From the NCBI GenBank assembly GCA_032117595.1, contig JAULYZ010000087.1:665-64664 (forward strand): a stretch of 64,000 nucleotides of DNA, given 5' to 3'. Source of the stretch: Acidimicrobiia bacterium (lineage in GTDB: Bacteria > Actinomycetota > Acidimicrobiia > Acidimicrobiales > Ilumatobacteraceae). The notes beneath the pieces are model-generated. The model ran no database searches. It saw only the letters and a program-made list of their open reading frames with translations, and was not told where the DNA came from. Within the stretch, counting starts at the first letter, position 1; every line of letters starts with the position of its first letter. The position numbers and the translations under genes were made by a program. This document shows, piece by piece, positions 47,044 to 57,175 of the stretch.

Positions 47044-48408
47044 ATGGAACCCCAGCGGAACGATCTCTTCAGTGCCGCTGCGGCAGAACTACTTCGTTCA
47101 CGCGCCCCACTCGCCGCCCGGATGAGGCCACGATCGCTCGACGATGTGGTGGGGCAGGAGCACCTCATCGGCCCGGGTCGACCCCTACGGCGTCTCGTGG
47201 AGCTCGACCGGCTGACGTCGTCGATCCTGTGGGGTCCTCCGGGGACCGGCAAGACGACCTTGGCGCTGGTCATCGCGCAGAGCACCGAGCGGTCCTTTGA
47301 ACAGCTTTCGGCGGTGACAGCCGGTGTCCGCGACGTGCGCGAGGTCATCGAACGGGCGCGCGCCCGCCTGGGCGAGCAGGGCCGCCGCACCATTCTCTTT
47401 CTCGATGAGGTGCACCGCTTCAACACTGCGCAGCAGGACGCGCTGCTGCCCGCAGTGGAGGACGGGACGCTGACGCTCATCGGCGCAACGACGGAGAACC
47501 CGTTCTTCGAGGTGAACCCGCCGCTGCGGAGTCGTTCCACACTGTTCCGTCTGGAGCCGCTCGATGCCGTAGCCACAGAGCGTCTGGTGCGCCGTGGGCT
47601 CGAGGTCGAAGGGGTCGGGGCCGACGACGATGCTGTCGAGATGTTGGTCATGCGCGCTGGAGGCGATGGCCGCCAGGTGCTCACGGCTCTCGAAGTGGCG
47701 TGTGCGCTCGCCGGTGGCTCCCGCGTCGTGCTGGCCCATGTCGAGGCGGCCCTCGGGACCTCCGCACTCCGGTACGGACGAGACGATCACTACGACGTCG
47801 CCAGCGCGTTCATCAAGTCGATGCGTGGAAGCGATCCCGATGCCGCAGTGCATTGGTTGGCCCGGATGCTCGAGGCGGGGGAGGACCCCCGATTCATCGC
47901 CCGTCGGATGGTGATCTTCGCAAGCGAGGACATCGGCCGTGCCGACCCGATGTCGCTGCTCGTGGCGGTCGCTGCCTCGCAGGCTCTCGATCTCGTGGGA
48001 TTGCCCGAGGCGCAGTTGAACCTGTCCCAAGCGTGCATCCATCTGGCCCTTGCCCCGAAGAGCAATCGAGCGGCTGCTGCGATCTGGCAGGCCCGTGCGG
48101 ATGTGGCGAGTGGTGAAATCGGCGAAGTACCGGCTCATCTTCGGGACACCCATTACTCCGGGGCACAGACCCTCGGACACGGAGTCGGGTACCGTTATCC
48201 GCACGACGATCCAGCGGCGGTCGGGCAGCAGTACCTCCCCGACGTCCTCCTGGGCCGGAGGTATTACGTGCCGGGTCCGAACGGAGAGGAGGCCGACGTG
48301 ACGCACCACCAGGGGGCTGAGCCCCGTGGATCCCGCACCCGTAGGGCTGCAGATGTCCGTGACGAGGCAGGCGTGCGAGGCAGCTCAGACCCCGGGGACC
48401 AGCAATGA
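47044..48408 (+). CDS. rarA: replication-associated recombination protein A (AAA+ ATPase)
   Basis: GPPGTGKTTLA, LFLDEVHRFN, MgsA C-terminal DPDAAVHWLARMLEAGEDPRFIARR. Confidence 0.9.
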   Translation: MEPQRNDLFSAAAAELLRSRAPLAARMRPRSLDDVVGQEHLIGPGRPLRRLVELDRLTSSILWGPPGTGKTTLALVIAQSTERSFEQLSAVTAGVRDVREVIERARARLGEQGRRTILFLDEVHRFNTAQQDALLPAVEDGTLTLIGATTENPFFEVNPPLRSRSTLFRLEPLDAVATERLVRRGLEVEGVGADDDAVEMLVMRAGGDGRQVLTALEVACALAGGSRVVLAHVEAALGTSALRYGRDDHYDVASAFIKSMRGSDPDAAVHWLARMLEAGEDPRFIARRMVIFASEDIGRADPMSLLVAVAASQALDLVGLPEAQLNLSQACIHLALAPKSNRAAAAIWQARADVASGEIGEVPAHLRDTHYSGAQTLGHGVGYRYPHDDPAAVGQQYLPDVLLGRRYYVPGPNGEEADVTHHQGAEPRGSRTRRAADVRDEAGVRGSSDPGDQQ

Positions 48409-48851
48409 GCGCCGGTCAGCTTGCGGTCGTCCTCGCCGCAGTCCTCTGCTCGCTCGGCTTTGCCGCCCTCGTCGTGGTGCTCGTGCGGGTACTCGACGCC
48501 CTTCGCTCGGTGGAGCGCGAGGTGAACCGTCTTCGCGCCGAGACATTGCCGCTGCTCGACGAACTTCGTCATGCTGCCGGTGAAGCCCGTGAGACGGTGG
48601 ACCGGGCGCGCGAGGATCTCGAGCGGTTCGACCGTGTCCTGGGATCCGCCGAGTCGATCAGCGACGCTGTCTCGGGAAGTTCGCGCCTCGTGAGAAGCGC
48701 GCTGAGCACCCCGGTGATCAAGACCGTGGCGTTTGCGAGTGGCACTGCCGAAGGTGTTCGTCGTTTCCGCCGCAAGGGACCCGGCGTACCCGAACTGCAA
48801 GTGAGCGACGCTCGGCGGCGCGGACTGAGAAGGAGGGGCGGCGCGTCATGA
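48405..48851 (+). CDS. DUF948-like membrane-anchored coiled-coil protein
   Basis: N-terminal TM, then a coiled-coil-like region (VLDALRSVEREVNRLRAETLPLLDELR). ATGA overlap with rarA. Family assignment is from memory of this pattern. Confidence 0.55.
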   Translation: MSAGQLAVVLAAVLCSLGFAALVVVLVRVLDALRSVEREVNRLRAETLPLLDELRHAAGEARETVDRAREDLERFDRVLGSAESISDAVSGSSRLVRSALSTPVIKTVAFASGTAEGVRRFRRKGPGVPELQVSDARRRGLRRRGGAS

Positions 48852-49174
48852 TCAAACGTCTCACTTGGTTCGCCAGCGGAGTCGTTGCCGGTATCGCTGC
48901 GATGCGCATGGCCCGCCGCAAGGTCCGCCAGACCGCAGACGCAATGAAGCCGGTGAACATCGCACGTGGGGCAGCCGATCGAGCACGGACACGCGCGCGC
49001 GATCTTGCCGACGCCGTCCGGGGCGCCCGCACTGCGATGCACGACCGGGAAACCGAGTTGCGGTCACAGCACGGCATGGATCGTGCGGCAGCGGCGCGAC
49101 TTCCGGTTGAACCGGGACGTGTGGTGCCCCTGCGGCCGCGGGAGCGGCGGGAGAGGCGAGCCCCGGGGCTCTAA
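48848..49174 (+). CDS. hypothetical small membrane protein
   Basis: N-terminal hydrophobic WFASGVVAGIAAM, then an Arg-rich helical tail. ATGA overlap with the preceding gene. Confidence 0.5.
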   Translation: MIKRLTWFASGVVAGIAAMRMARRKVRQTADAMKPVNIARGAADRARTRARDLADAVRGARTAMHDRETELRSQHGMDRAAAARLPVEPGRVVPLRPRERRERRAPGL

Positions 49175-49217
49175 TTGCCCACGCCTGCGGGCGGTCTCGT
49201 CGTAGGCTGGGAGGCCC

Positions 49218-51836
49218 ATGCCTCGACCGCCGATCCGCACTGCGAACGACCTCCGGAATGCATGGACGTCGTTCTTCGCCGACAAGGGACACTCCGTGGT
49301 GCCCTCGGCGAGCCTGATCCCCCACGACCCGACCGTGCTGTTCACCGTGGCCGGGATGGTGCCGTTCAAGTCGTACTTCACCGGGGACGAGGCATCGCCA
49401 TACCGCCGGGCCGCAAGTGTGCAGAAGTGCGCGCGAGCGGGCGGCAAGCACAACGATCTCGATGACGTCGGCCGCACCAAGCGCCACCTCGTCTTTTTCG
49501 AGATGCTCGGCAACTTCAGTTTTGGTGACTACTTCAAGGCTGAGGCCATCCCGTGGAGTTGGGAGCTCGTCACCGAGGTGTTCGGTTTTGACGGAGACCG
49601 CATCTGGGTCACTGTCCACACGAGCGACGATGAGGCTGAGCAGATCTGGCACGAGGTCGTCGGCGTGCCGATGGACCGGATCCAGCGCCTCGGCGACAAG
49701 GACAACTTCTGGCAGATGGGCGATACCGGCCCCTGCGGTCCGTGCACCGAACTGCACATCGACCGCGGACCGGCCTTCGGCCCAGAGGGTGGGCCACTCC
49801 ACGATCCACACGGCGATCGGTACATGGAGTTCTGGAACCTCGTCTTCATGCAGTTCAATCAGGCGCCAGACGGCTCTCGCACTCCGTTGCCCAAGCCGTC
49901 TATCGATACCGGTGCGGGTCTCGAGCGCATCCTGACGCTCATCCAGGGCGAGGACGCGGTTTGGGACACCGATCTCATGCGGCCGCTCATCGAGCAGGCG
50001 TCGTCGCTCACCGGCAAGCGCTACATCGTCGGTGACTACGAGGACCGGAATTCTTTCGGGCTCCGCGTGCTCGCCGAGCATGCGCGCTCGGGGGCGATGC
50101 TCGTGAACGATGGGGTGCTCCCGTCGAACGAGAACCGTGGCTACGTACTGCGCCGCATCCTGCGGCGCGCGATTCGTTTTGCCTATCTCCTCGGTGCCGA
50201 CCGCCTGGTGATGCCGTCACTCGCCGGCACGGCGGTAGACGTGATGGCTGACGCCTACCCCGACCTCCGCAAGAATCGTGATTTCATCCTCAACGTCATC
50301 ACGCGGGAGGAGGAGGCATTCCGGCGGACGCTTCGGAATGGCTTGTCGATTCTCGACAAGGAACTGGCCGACGGTGCCACGACGATCAGCGGCGCAACTG
50401 CGTTCATGCTGCACGACACCTATGGATTTCCGCTGGAGGTCACGACTGAGGTCACCGCCGAACGCGGTGTCGAGGTGGACCGCGCTGGATTCGACACCGA
50501 GATGGAGCGCCAGCGTGAGCGTGCCAAGTCAGCGCGCCGCGCCGGGGCCCAGGGCGAGGGTCGGCTCGAGGACTATCGGTCGGTGATGGAGCAGTTCGGG
50601 ACGACGGAGTTCCTCGGGTATTCGGAAGACACCTGTGAGGCGCGCGTGCTCGCCGTGCTGCCACTCGCCGACGACGGCGAGGTGGAGGTGTTCCTCGACC
50701 GAACACCGTTCTACGCCGAGAGCGGCGGCCAGATGGGTGACACCGGAACCATCAGCACCGAGACCGGGACCGTGGCCGTGAGCGACACCAGCTTTGCCAT
50801 CCCGGGGTTGCGCCGTCACTCCGGGCGAATCGTGTCGGGATTTATCGATGCTGGTCAAGTTGCCCAGGCACAGATCGACAACGAGCGACGCGCAGCGATC
50901 CGTCGCAACCATACGGGTACCCACGTGCTGCACTGGGCGCTGCGCGAGGTGCTCGGCGATCACGTGAAACAGCAGGGCTCCCTCGTGGCGCCCGATCGCC
51001 TTCGATTCGACTTCAGCCATTTCCAGGCGGTATCAGCAGACGAGATCGAGCAGATCGAGCGTCTCGCCAATGCCGAGGTGTTGGCCAACGAGCCGGTGCG
51101 CGCCTACGAGACCACCAAGGACGAGGCCGCCGCCATGGGGGCGATTGCGTTCTTCGGCGACAAGTATGGCGACATCGTGCGGGTGCTCGAGGCAGGGCGC
51201 AACAGCATGGAGTTGTGCGGTGGTACGCACGTGCGCGCCACCGGCGACATCGGCACCATCAAGATCGTGAGTGAGGGCTCGATCGCATCGGGCGTGCGCC
51301 GCATCGAGGCAGTGACCGGGGCCCACAGCGTGGTACTGCTCCAGCAGGAGAGTCGGGCGCTCGCCGACGCAGCGCGACTCGTCGGTACGCGCACCGACGA
51401 GTTGGTGGTGGGTATTCAGCGCAAGCTCGACGAGATCAAGGCACTTCAGGACGAGCTGAAGCAGTTGCGTGCGTCCGCAGCAGTGGGCCGCGCCAATGAG
51501 TTGGTTGGCTCGGCGGTCGACGGCGTTCTGGTGTCACGAGTCGACGGCCTTGCACAGGCCGATCTTCGCGACCTGGCTGTTGCTGTGCGCCAGGCCGGAG
51601 TCGGCATCGTTGTCCTGATCGGCGAGACCGACTCAGGTGGTGTTGCACTGACCGCTGCCGTCACCAAGGAGAGCGGGTTGAACGCAGGCGACCTCGTGAA
51701 GGACGCCGCTCGTGCCGTTGGCGGTGGCGGCGGGGGTCGTGGCGACATCGCAGTGGCGGGTGGCAAGGATCCGACCGGGATCGATGCGGCGCTCGACGCC
51801 GCCCGAGCTGCGGTCCAGTCGTTGCGGAGCCGCTGA
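49218..51836 (+). CDS. alaS: alanine--tRNA ligase
   Basis: FEMLGNFSFGDYFK, editing-domain HTGTHVLHWAL, C-terminal DHHA1 GGGGGRGDIAVAGG. Confidence 0.95.
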   Translation: MPRPPIRTANDLRNAWTSFFADKGHSVVPSASLIPHDPTVLFTVAGMVPFKSYFTGDEASPYRRAASVQKCARAGGKHNDLDDVGRTKRHLVFFEMLGNFSFGDYFKAEAIPWSWELVTEVFGFDGDRIWVTVHTSDDEAEQIWHEVVGVPMDRIQRLGDKDNFWQMGDTGPCGPCTELHIDRGPAFGPEGGPLHDPHGDRYMEFWNLVFMQFNQAPDGSRTPLPKPSIDTGAGLERILTLIQGEDAVWDTDLMRPLIEQASSLTGKRYIVGDYEDRNSFGLRVLAEHARSGAMLVNDGVLPSNENRGYVLRRILRRAIRFAYLLGADRLVMPSLAGTAVDVMADAYPDLRKNRDFILNVITREEEAFRRTLRNGLSILDKELADGATTISGATAFMLHDTYGFPLEVTTEVTAERGVEVDRAGFDTEMERQRERAKSARRAGAQGEGRLEDYRSVMEQFGTTEFLGYSEDTCEARVLAVLPLADDGEVEVFLDRTPFYAESGGQMGDTGTISTETGTVAVSDTSFAIPGLRRHSGRIVSGFIDAGQVAQAQIDNERRAAIRRNHTGTHVLHWALREVLGDHVKQQGSLVAPDRLRFDFSHFQAVSADEIEQIERLANAEVLANEPVRAYETTKDEAAAMGAIAFFGDKYGDIVRVLEAGRNSMELCGGTHVRATGDIGTIKIVSEGSIASGVRRIEAVTGAHSVVLLQQESRALADAARLVGTRTDELVVGIQRKLDEIKALQDELKQLRASAAVGRANELVGSAVDGVLVSRVDGLAQADLRDLAVAVRQAGVGIVVLIGETDSGGVALTAAVTKESGLNAGDLVKDAARAVGGGGGGRGDIAVAGGKDPTGIDAALDAARAAVQSLRSR

Positions 51837-51839
51837 CCG

Positions 51840-52292
51840 GTGTCGGCGGGGCGGTTGCGGGTGATGGGCCTCGATCTGGGGTCCAAGCGTGTGGGTGTCG
51901 CCCTCTCCGATTCCAGCGCAACGATCGCTACGCCCTTCACGGTGCTTCAGCGGAGCCGCTCGCAGACAGAGGATCACCGCGCCATCTCGCGCCTCGTGGC
52001 CGACGAGGAGGTCGATGTGGTGGTTGTCGGGCTACCCCTCAGCCTCGATGGTTCCCATGGGCCTGCTGCGCGGGCTGCCGTCGCCGAGGCCGAGGCCTTG
52101 GCTACCGTCCTGAACGTGCCCGTGGAGACCTACGACGAGCGGCTGACCACCGTGACTGCGGATCAGGCGCTGATGCAGGCGAACATGCGCGCCCAGGCGC
52201 GCCGACGGGTGGTCGACAAGGTCGCAGCGGCCGTGATGCTCCAGTCGTGGTTGGACCGTCGCCGGTCCGCAGCCGGGGGGACCGAGCAGTGA
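51840..52292 (+). CDS. ruvX: Holliday junction resolvase-like RuvX (YqgF)
   Basis: GLDLGSKRVGVALSD. Alternative in-frame starts up to ATG 51864. Confidence 0.9.
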   Translation: MSAGRLRVMGLDLGSKRVGVALSDSSATIATPFTVLQRSRSQTEDHRAISRLVADEEVDVVVVGLPLSLDGSHGPAARAAVAEAEALATVLNVPVETYDERLTTVTADQALMQANMRAQARRRVVDKVAAAVMLQSWLDRRRSAAGGTEQ

Positions 52293-53491
52293 CCGACCTC
52301 GACGAGCCCGGGCTCTGGAGCCCGCAGTCACGTACGAACTCGCCGTGGCACGACGACGGCTGGGACGACCCGGCGGCCCTCACACCGCGCCAGACCGCCC
52401 GGGCTCCAGCGCGTTCGCGTGTGCTGCGGTGGGTACTGCTGGGTGTTTCGATGCTGATCGTGGTGGCAGCGTCGGTGGGTGGTCTGGTTGGTTGGTGGCT
52501 GATCCGGCAGGTGAACCCGCCGGGCGGGGTGGGCGAGGCAAGGAACTTTGTGGTGCAGGAGAGCGACGACCTCGTGTCGCTCTCGACGCGCCTCAAAGCC
52601 GAGGGATTCATCACTCACTCGGGCGTGTTCCAGTGGTACGTGAAGCGGCAGGACGAGATCGACTTCGTCCCCGGCTATTACACACTCCGGCCACGCGACA
52701 CCATGGGCAACATCGCAGCAGCGCTGCGCACCCCGCCGAACGCCACCTTCACCACGGTGACGTTCCCCGAAGGATTCACCCTCGCCCAGATCGCACAGCG
52801 GCTCGAGCGGAGGGTGCAGCGGATCGCGGCGACCGAGGTGCTTGCGGCATCCCGGTCGAACGAGGTGCTCTCCGAGTACCGGCCAGCAGGAACCGTGTCA
52901 CTCGAAGGCCTGCTCTTCCCCGACACGTACCAGGTCTCGAACGCCGAGACAGCCCTGCAGGTGGTGCAACGCATGGTCCGCCTCATGGAACGAGTTGGCC
53001 GACAGGAGGGTCTCGACGACCCGCTGAAGCGGAACGGTCGCACGCCGTACGAAATCCTCATCGTTGCTTCGTTGATCGAGCGCGAAGCCAAGACCGAGGA
53101 CGATCGCCCGAAGATTGCCCGTGTCATCTACAACCGACTGGCGCTCGGCATGACACTCGACATCGATGCTGCGTTGTACTACGGCAACGATCCGGCGACT
53201 CCATTCTCCGAGCTGAAGGCGCGGGACACTGCGTACAACCTGTACCGACGCACCGGTCTGCCGCCAACGCCCATCGCCAATCCGGGCCGTGCCTCGATCC
53301 GCGCCGCCCTCAATCCCTCGGTCGATCCGCCCCCCGGGGACCCGATCTGTCGCGAGCTTCCGGACCCCACGGCATGTCGGTACCTGTACTACGTGTTGAC
53401 CGACCGAGCGGGGAACCACGCTTTCGCTGCCACTCTCGAACAGCATGAGCGCAATGTGGAGGCGGCGCGCTCGGCGGGGGTGCTGCCATGA
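52289..53491 (+). CDS. mltG: endolytic murein transglycosylase MltG (YceG-like)
   Basis: N-terminal TM, YYTLRPRDTMGNI, ASLIEREA, YNLYRRTGLPPTPIANPG. GTGA overlap with ruvX. Confidence 0.9.
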   Translation: MTDLDEPGLWSPQSRTNSPWHDDGWDDPAALTPRQTARAPARSRVLRWVLLGVSMLIVVAASVGGLVGWWLIRQVNPPGGVGEARNFVVQESDDLVSLSTRLKAEGFITHSGVFQWYVKRQDEIDFVPGYYTLRPRDTMGNIAAALRTPPNATFTTVTFPEGFTLAQIAQRLERRVQRIAATEVLAASRSNEVLSEYRPAGTVSLEGLLFPDTYQVSNAETALQVVQRMVRLMERVGRQEGLDDPLKRNGRTPYEILIVASLIEREAKTEDDRPKIARVIYNRLALGMTLDIDAALYYGNDPATPFSELKARDTAYNLYRRTGLPPTPIANPGRASIRAALNPSVDPPPGDPICRELPDPTACRYLYYVLTDRAGNHAFAATLEQHERNVEAARSAGVLP

Positions 53492-54327
53492 GTATCCGAC
53501 TTACCGGGACCACGCGTGTCGCTGCAGTGATCGGCAGCCCCGTCCGGCACTCCCTCTCTCCCGTGATCCACAACGCGGCGTTCTCGGTGCTGGGGCTCGA
53601 CTGGGTGTATGTCGCACTCGAGGTCGCGCCCGCACGCGCCGCTGACGCGTTTGTCGGGATCCGCGCGCTTGGGCTCGCCGGTGTGTCGGTCACGACCCCG
53701 CACAAGGATGCAGCGTTCGAGGCCGTGGACGAGACCACACCCGCAGCGAGGGCCATGCGAGCCGTGAACTGTGTCCGACTGCTCGACGGCCGCCTCGTGG
53801 GGCACAACACCGATGGCGACGGGTTCGTCGACTCGTTGCGCAATGATGCGGGCGTCGATCCTTCGGGACGGACGGTTGGTGTGGTCGGCGCGGGCGGCGC
53901 GGCGCGGTCCATCGTCGAGGCCCTCGGTCGGCATGGCGCGTCGAGCGTCGTGGTGGTGAACCGAACGACCTCTCGAGCTGCGGATGCTGCCGCCCTCGCA
54001 CCGGGCAGCGGGCGGGTCGGGACACTCGACGATCTGGCGGCGTGCGACATCGTCGTCAACGCGACGTCCGTCGGCCTCGGGACTGACGAACTGTCGATTC
54101 CTGTCTCGGTACTGAGGCCGCACCAACTCGTTGCCGATGTCGTGTACCACCCGCTCGAGACCGCTCTCCTCCGTGCGGCGGCCTCGGTCGGAGCCAGGAC
54201 GCTCAACGGGCTGGGCATGCTCGTGCACCAGGCGGCACACCAGTTCACGATCTGGACCGGCGAGAGGGCACCGGTGGAAGAAATGCGCCGGGCGGCCGAG
54301 GTCGAGCTCACACGTCGCGCCCAATGA
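53488..54327 (+). CDS. aroE: shikimate dehydrogenase
   Basis: VIGSPVRHSLSPVIHNAAF, VTTPHK, HNTDG, VVGAGGAARS. Confidence 0.95.
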   Translation: MSIRLTGTTRVAAVIGSPVRHSLSPVIHNAAFSVLGLDWVYVALEVAPARAADAFVGIRALGLAGVSVTTPHKDAAFEAVDETTPAARAMRAVNCVRLLDGRLVGHNTDGDGFVDSLRNDAGVDPSGRTVGVVGAGGAARSIVEALGRHGASSVVVVNRTTSRAADAAALAPGSGRVGTLDDLAACDIVVNATSVGLGTDELSIPVSVLRPHQLVADVVYHPLETALLRAAASVGARTLNGLGMLVHQAAHQFTIWTGERAPVEEMRRAAEVELTRRAQ

Positions 54328-55931
54328 CGGATTCAGCCCTCGACGAGTTGGTCGTCGACGCACGACCGGCGAGCACGCGTGACGCATGCGTGGCACTCGT
54401 GCGCAGGCACGGTCCGCTCGCCTCGCTGGTCTTCGTCGTGGGGATGTGGTTCTGGACGTTCTGCGCGCTCGGCCTGCTGCGCCACCGGAGGTTCTGGACC
54501 TTCGGCTTCGACCTCGCCATCTTCAACCAGGCTGCGTGGCTCATCGCACACTTCAAGGAGCCGTTCGTCACTGTTCGCGGCCTCGACGCGTGGGGCCATC
54601 ACGGGAACTTCATCTTCTTGCTGTTCGCCCCCTTCTATTGGCTGGGAGCGGGTGTGGGCTTTCTGCTCGTTGCGCAGCTGCTCGCCCAGTGCGCCGGGGC
54701 AGTGGGCGTGTACCTGCTGAGCCGCGATCTCCTCGAGGGTTCCCGTTGGATCGGTGTGCTGCTCGCGGCGGCGTTCTTGCTGCACCCCTCGATGCAGTTC
54801 CTGGCGTGGGAGTACTTCCACCCCGAGACCTTTGCGATCGGACCCATGGTGCTTTCCTATTGGGCGATCCGAACCGGACGGATGCGAACCTTCTGGGCGA
54901 TGGCCATCCTCGCCATGGCATGCAAGGAGGACATCACCCTGTTCTTCTTCATGTTGGGCCTGTTGTTGATGTTCCGTCGTGAGTTCCGTCTCGGGGCGAT
55001 CATCTCGGGGGCTGCGCTGTGGTGGTATCTCGCCGTCACCAAGGTGCTCATCCCGTGGCGCAACCCTGCAGGCCCGTTCTACGAGGGTCACTTCTTCTCG
55101 CACTACGGAGGATCCCTGGGCGAGGTTGCCAAGACGGTCCTCCGTCATCCCGGCCGCCTGTGGCGAGACATCACCGAGTCGGGGCGACGGGATCTGTACC
55201 TGAAGCTCTGGGGCCCGGTGGCCTTCGTGCCCTTCATCGCCCCCGAGGTCCTCGCCATTGCGCTCCCGATGCTGCTCGTCATCGTGATGGCGGGGATCGT
55301 CTGGGTGCAGGACTACCGCTATCACTACGTCGCGATCCCGCTGGCGGTCACGTTCATTGCGCTCGTGGAGGCGCTGCGCCGTCTCCGCACGCCGCTGCGG
55401 CGACGCGTCGTGGTGGCGGTTGTGTGTCTCACGTCGGTGCTCGCGTCGCAGGGCTGGGGAGTCGGGCCCTATTCGAAGAACTGGCATCGTGGGTACTGGC
55501 CGCACACCCGAACCGAAAGCTTCCACGACGTGCTGTTCGGGACACTGGACCCGGACGATCGATTCCCCAAGGCGGTGAGCAAGCGAAAGGCCGTCGACTT
55601 GGTGCCGTCCGACGCGTCGGTGAGCGCCGTCTACAACGTGAACCCCCATCTTTCGGAGCGGACGAACGTGTACGAGTGGCCCAATCCGTGGCTCGGCCGT
55701 AACTGGGGGATTTGCGAGATCGACAATCTTCACGATCCCAAGGACGTGCAGTGGATCATCATCGACCGGGCCATCATCGGCAGCAGCGTGGTCGAGACGT
55801 CGCTGCTCGACCGACTGCTCCGCTCGGAGTTCGTGGTTCGGCTCGACGAGAACGGGGTGCTCGCCGCTGAACGTGTGCAGGCACCCGCAACGCCGCGTTC
55901 GCCGGCGCCCACCTCCTGCCCCGGGCGCTGA
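54324..55931 (+). CDS. polytopic membrane protein, DUF2079-like (GT-C-like fold suspected)
   Basis: More than 10 hydrophobic segments; FGFDLAIFNQAAW near the N-terminus; soluble C-terminal ~130 aa. ATGA overlap with aroE. Family name is recalled, not verified. Confidence 0.6.
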   Translation: MTDSALDELVVDARPASTRDACVALVRRHGPLASLVFVVGMWFWTFCALGLLRHRRFWTFGFDLAIFNQAAWLIAHFKEPFVTVRGLDAWGHHGNFIFLLFAPFYWLGAGVGFLLVAQLLAQCAGAVGVYLLSRDLLEGSRWIGVLLAAAFLLHPSMQFLAWEYFHPETFAIGPMVLSYWAIRTGRMRTFWAMAILAMACKEDITLFFFMLGLLLMFRREFRLGAIISGAALWWYLAVTKVLIPWRNPAGPFYEGHFFSHYGGSLGEVAKTVLRHPGRLWRDITESGRRDLYLKLWGPVAFVPFIAPEVLAIALPMLLVIVMAGIVWVQDYRYHYVAIPLAVTFIALVEALRRLRTPLRRRVVVAVVCLTSVLASQGWGVGPYSKNWHRGYWPHTRTESFHDVLFGTLDPDDRFPKAVSKRKAVDLVPSDASVSAVYNVNPHLSERTNVYEWPNPWLGRNWGICEIDNLHDPKDVQWIIIDRAIIGSSVVETSLLDRLLRSEFVVRLDENGVLAAERVQAPATPRSPAPTSCPGR

Positions 55932-55958
55932 TCATCCCGGCCGCGCATGCCCTGCCGG

Positions 55959-55964
55959 TATCCT
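55959..55964 (+). promoter_or_regulatory. -10 hexamer TATCCT, leaderless-type, aroC
   Basis: TATCCT, 6 nt, GTG 55971. This gives the canonical chorismate synthase N-terminus (V)LRYLTAGESHG. Confidence 0.45.
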
Positions 55965-55970
55965 GTCGGG

Positions 55971-57134
55971 GTGCTCAGGTACCTCACGGCTGGCGAATCC
56001 CACGGAAAGGCGCTCGTGGTCATCATCGAGGGCCTGCCTGCCGGTCTCCCGATCACCGTCGAGGAGATCCAGGGCGAGCTCGCCCGCCGTCGACTGGGAT
56101 ACGGCCGAGGTCCGCGACAGCGCTTCGAGGTGGACAATCTGACGCTGCTCGGAGGGGTTCGCCACGGGCGTACCCTCGGCTCGCCGGTTGCGATCGAGAT
56201 CGAGAACACCGAGTGGTTCCGCTCCGACAAGTGGCATGCCGAGATGTCTCCCGCCCCCGGGGAGACCAAGGAGCCCCTCACACAGGTTCGACCCGGCCAC
56301 GCCGATCTCGCCGGGATGCAGAAGTACGGCTTCACCGATGCACGTGACGTCCTCGAGCGCGCCAGCGCGCGCGAGACCGCCGCACGGGTTGCGGCGGGCG
56401 CAGTCGCCAAGAAGTTGCTCGCCCCGCTCGGTGTCCAGATCATCAGCCATGTGATCCAGATGGGGGCCGTACGAGCAAAGACCGATGCCCGCCCTGCTCC
56501 CGAGGACCTGGCTTCGGTCGACGGGTCGTCCGTGCGCTGTTTCGACCCAGGCACCGAGGAGGCCATGGTCGCCGAGATCCAGGCCGCGGCCAAGGAGGGA
56601 GACTCCCTCGGAGGCATCGTGGAGGTGCTGGCGTACGGGGTGCCGGTGGGCCTCGGCAGCCACGTGCACTGGGACCGCAAGATCGACGGTCTGCTCGCTC
56701 AGGCCATCATGAGCATCCAAGCGGTGAAGGGTGTGGAGATCGGCGATGGGTTCGAGGTGGCCGGTCGACGGGGGAGCGCAGCGCACGACCCCATCGTGTG
56801 GGACGACGCGTCCGGTCGGTATCGCCGGGAGTCGGCACTCGCCGGCGGCACCGAGGGAGGCATGTCCACCGGAGAGTTGATGGTGGTGCGTGCGGCGATG
56901 AAGCCACTCGCCACGCTCAACCGTCCCACGCTCAAGACCGTGGATGTCGTCACCAAGGAAGAGACGGTGAGTTTCAAGGAGCGCACCGACGTCACGGCAG
57001 TTCCGGCGATGGGCGTCGTCGCCGAGACCATGGTGGCCCTCGTGCTTGCCGGGGAGGCCCAGCGCAAGTTCGGCGGGGACTCCGTCGACGAGTTCGTGCG
57101 CAACGCAGAGGCCTTTGCGGCGGGTCTGCGCTGA
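55971..57134 (+). CDS. aroC: chorismate synthase
   Basis: LRYLTAGESHG, RRLGYGRG, RPGHADL, SARETAARVAAG. GTG start supported by TATCCT 6 nt upstream. Confidence 0.95.
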   Translation: MLRYLTAGESHGKALVVIIEGLPAGLPITVEEIQGELARRRLGYGRGPRQRFEVDNLTLLGGVRHGRTLGSPVAIEIENTEWFRSDKWHAEMSPAPGETKEPLTQVRPGHADLAGMQKYGFTDARDVLERASARETAARVAAGAVAKKLLAPLGVQIISHVIQMGAVRAKTDARPAPEDLASVDGSSVRCFDPGTEEAMVAEIQAAAKEGDSLGGIVEVLAYGVPVGLGSHVHWDRKIDGLLAQAIMSIQAVKGVEIGDGFEVAGRRGSAAHDPIVWDDASGRYRRESALAGGTEGGMSTGELMVVRAAMKPLATLNRPTLKTVDVVTKEETVSFKERTDVTAVPAMGVVAETMVALVLAGEAQRKFGGDSVDEFVRNAEAFAAGLR

Positions 57135-57175
57135 GAGACGGCGTGGGAACGCAGCGGTCCGGCAGCCTCGGCACG

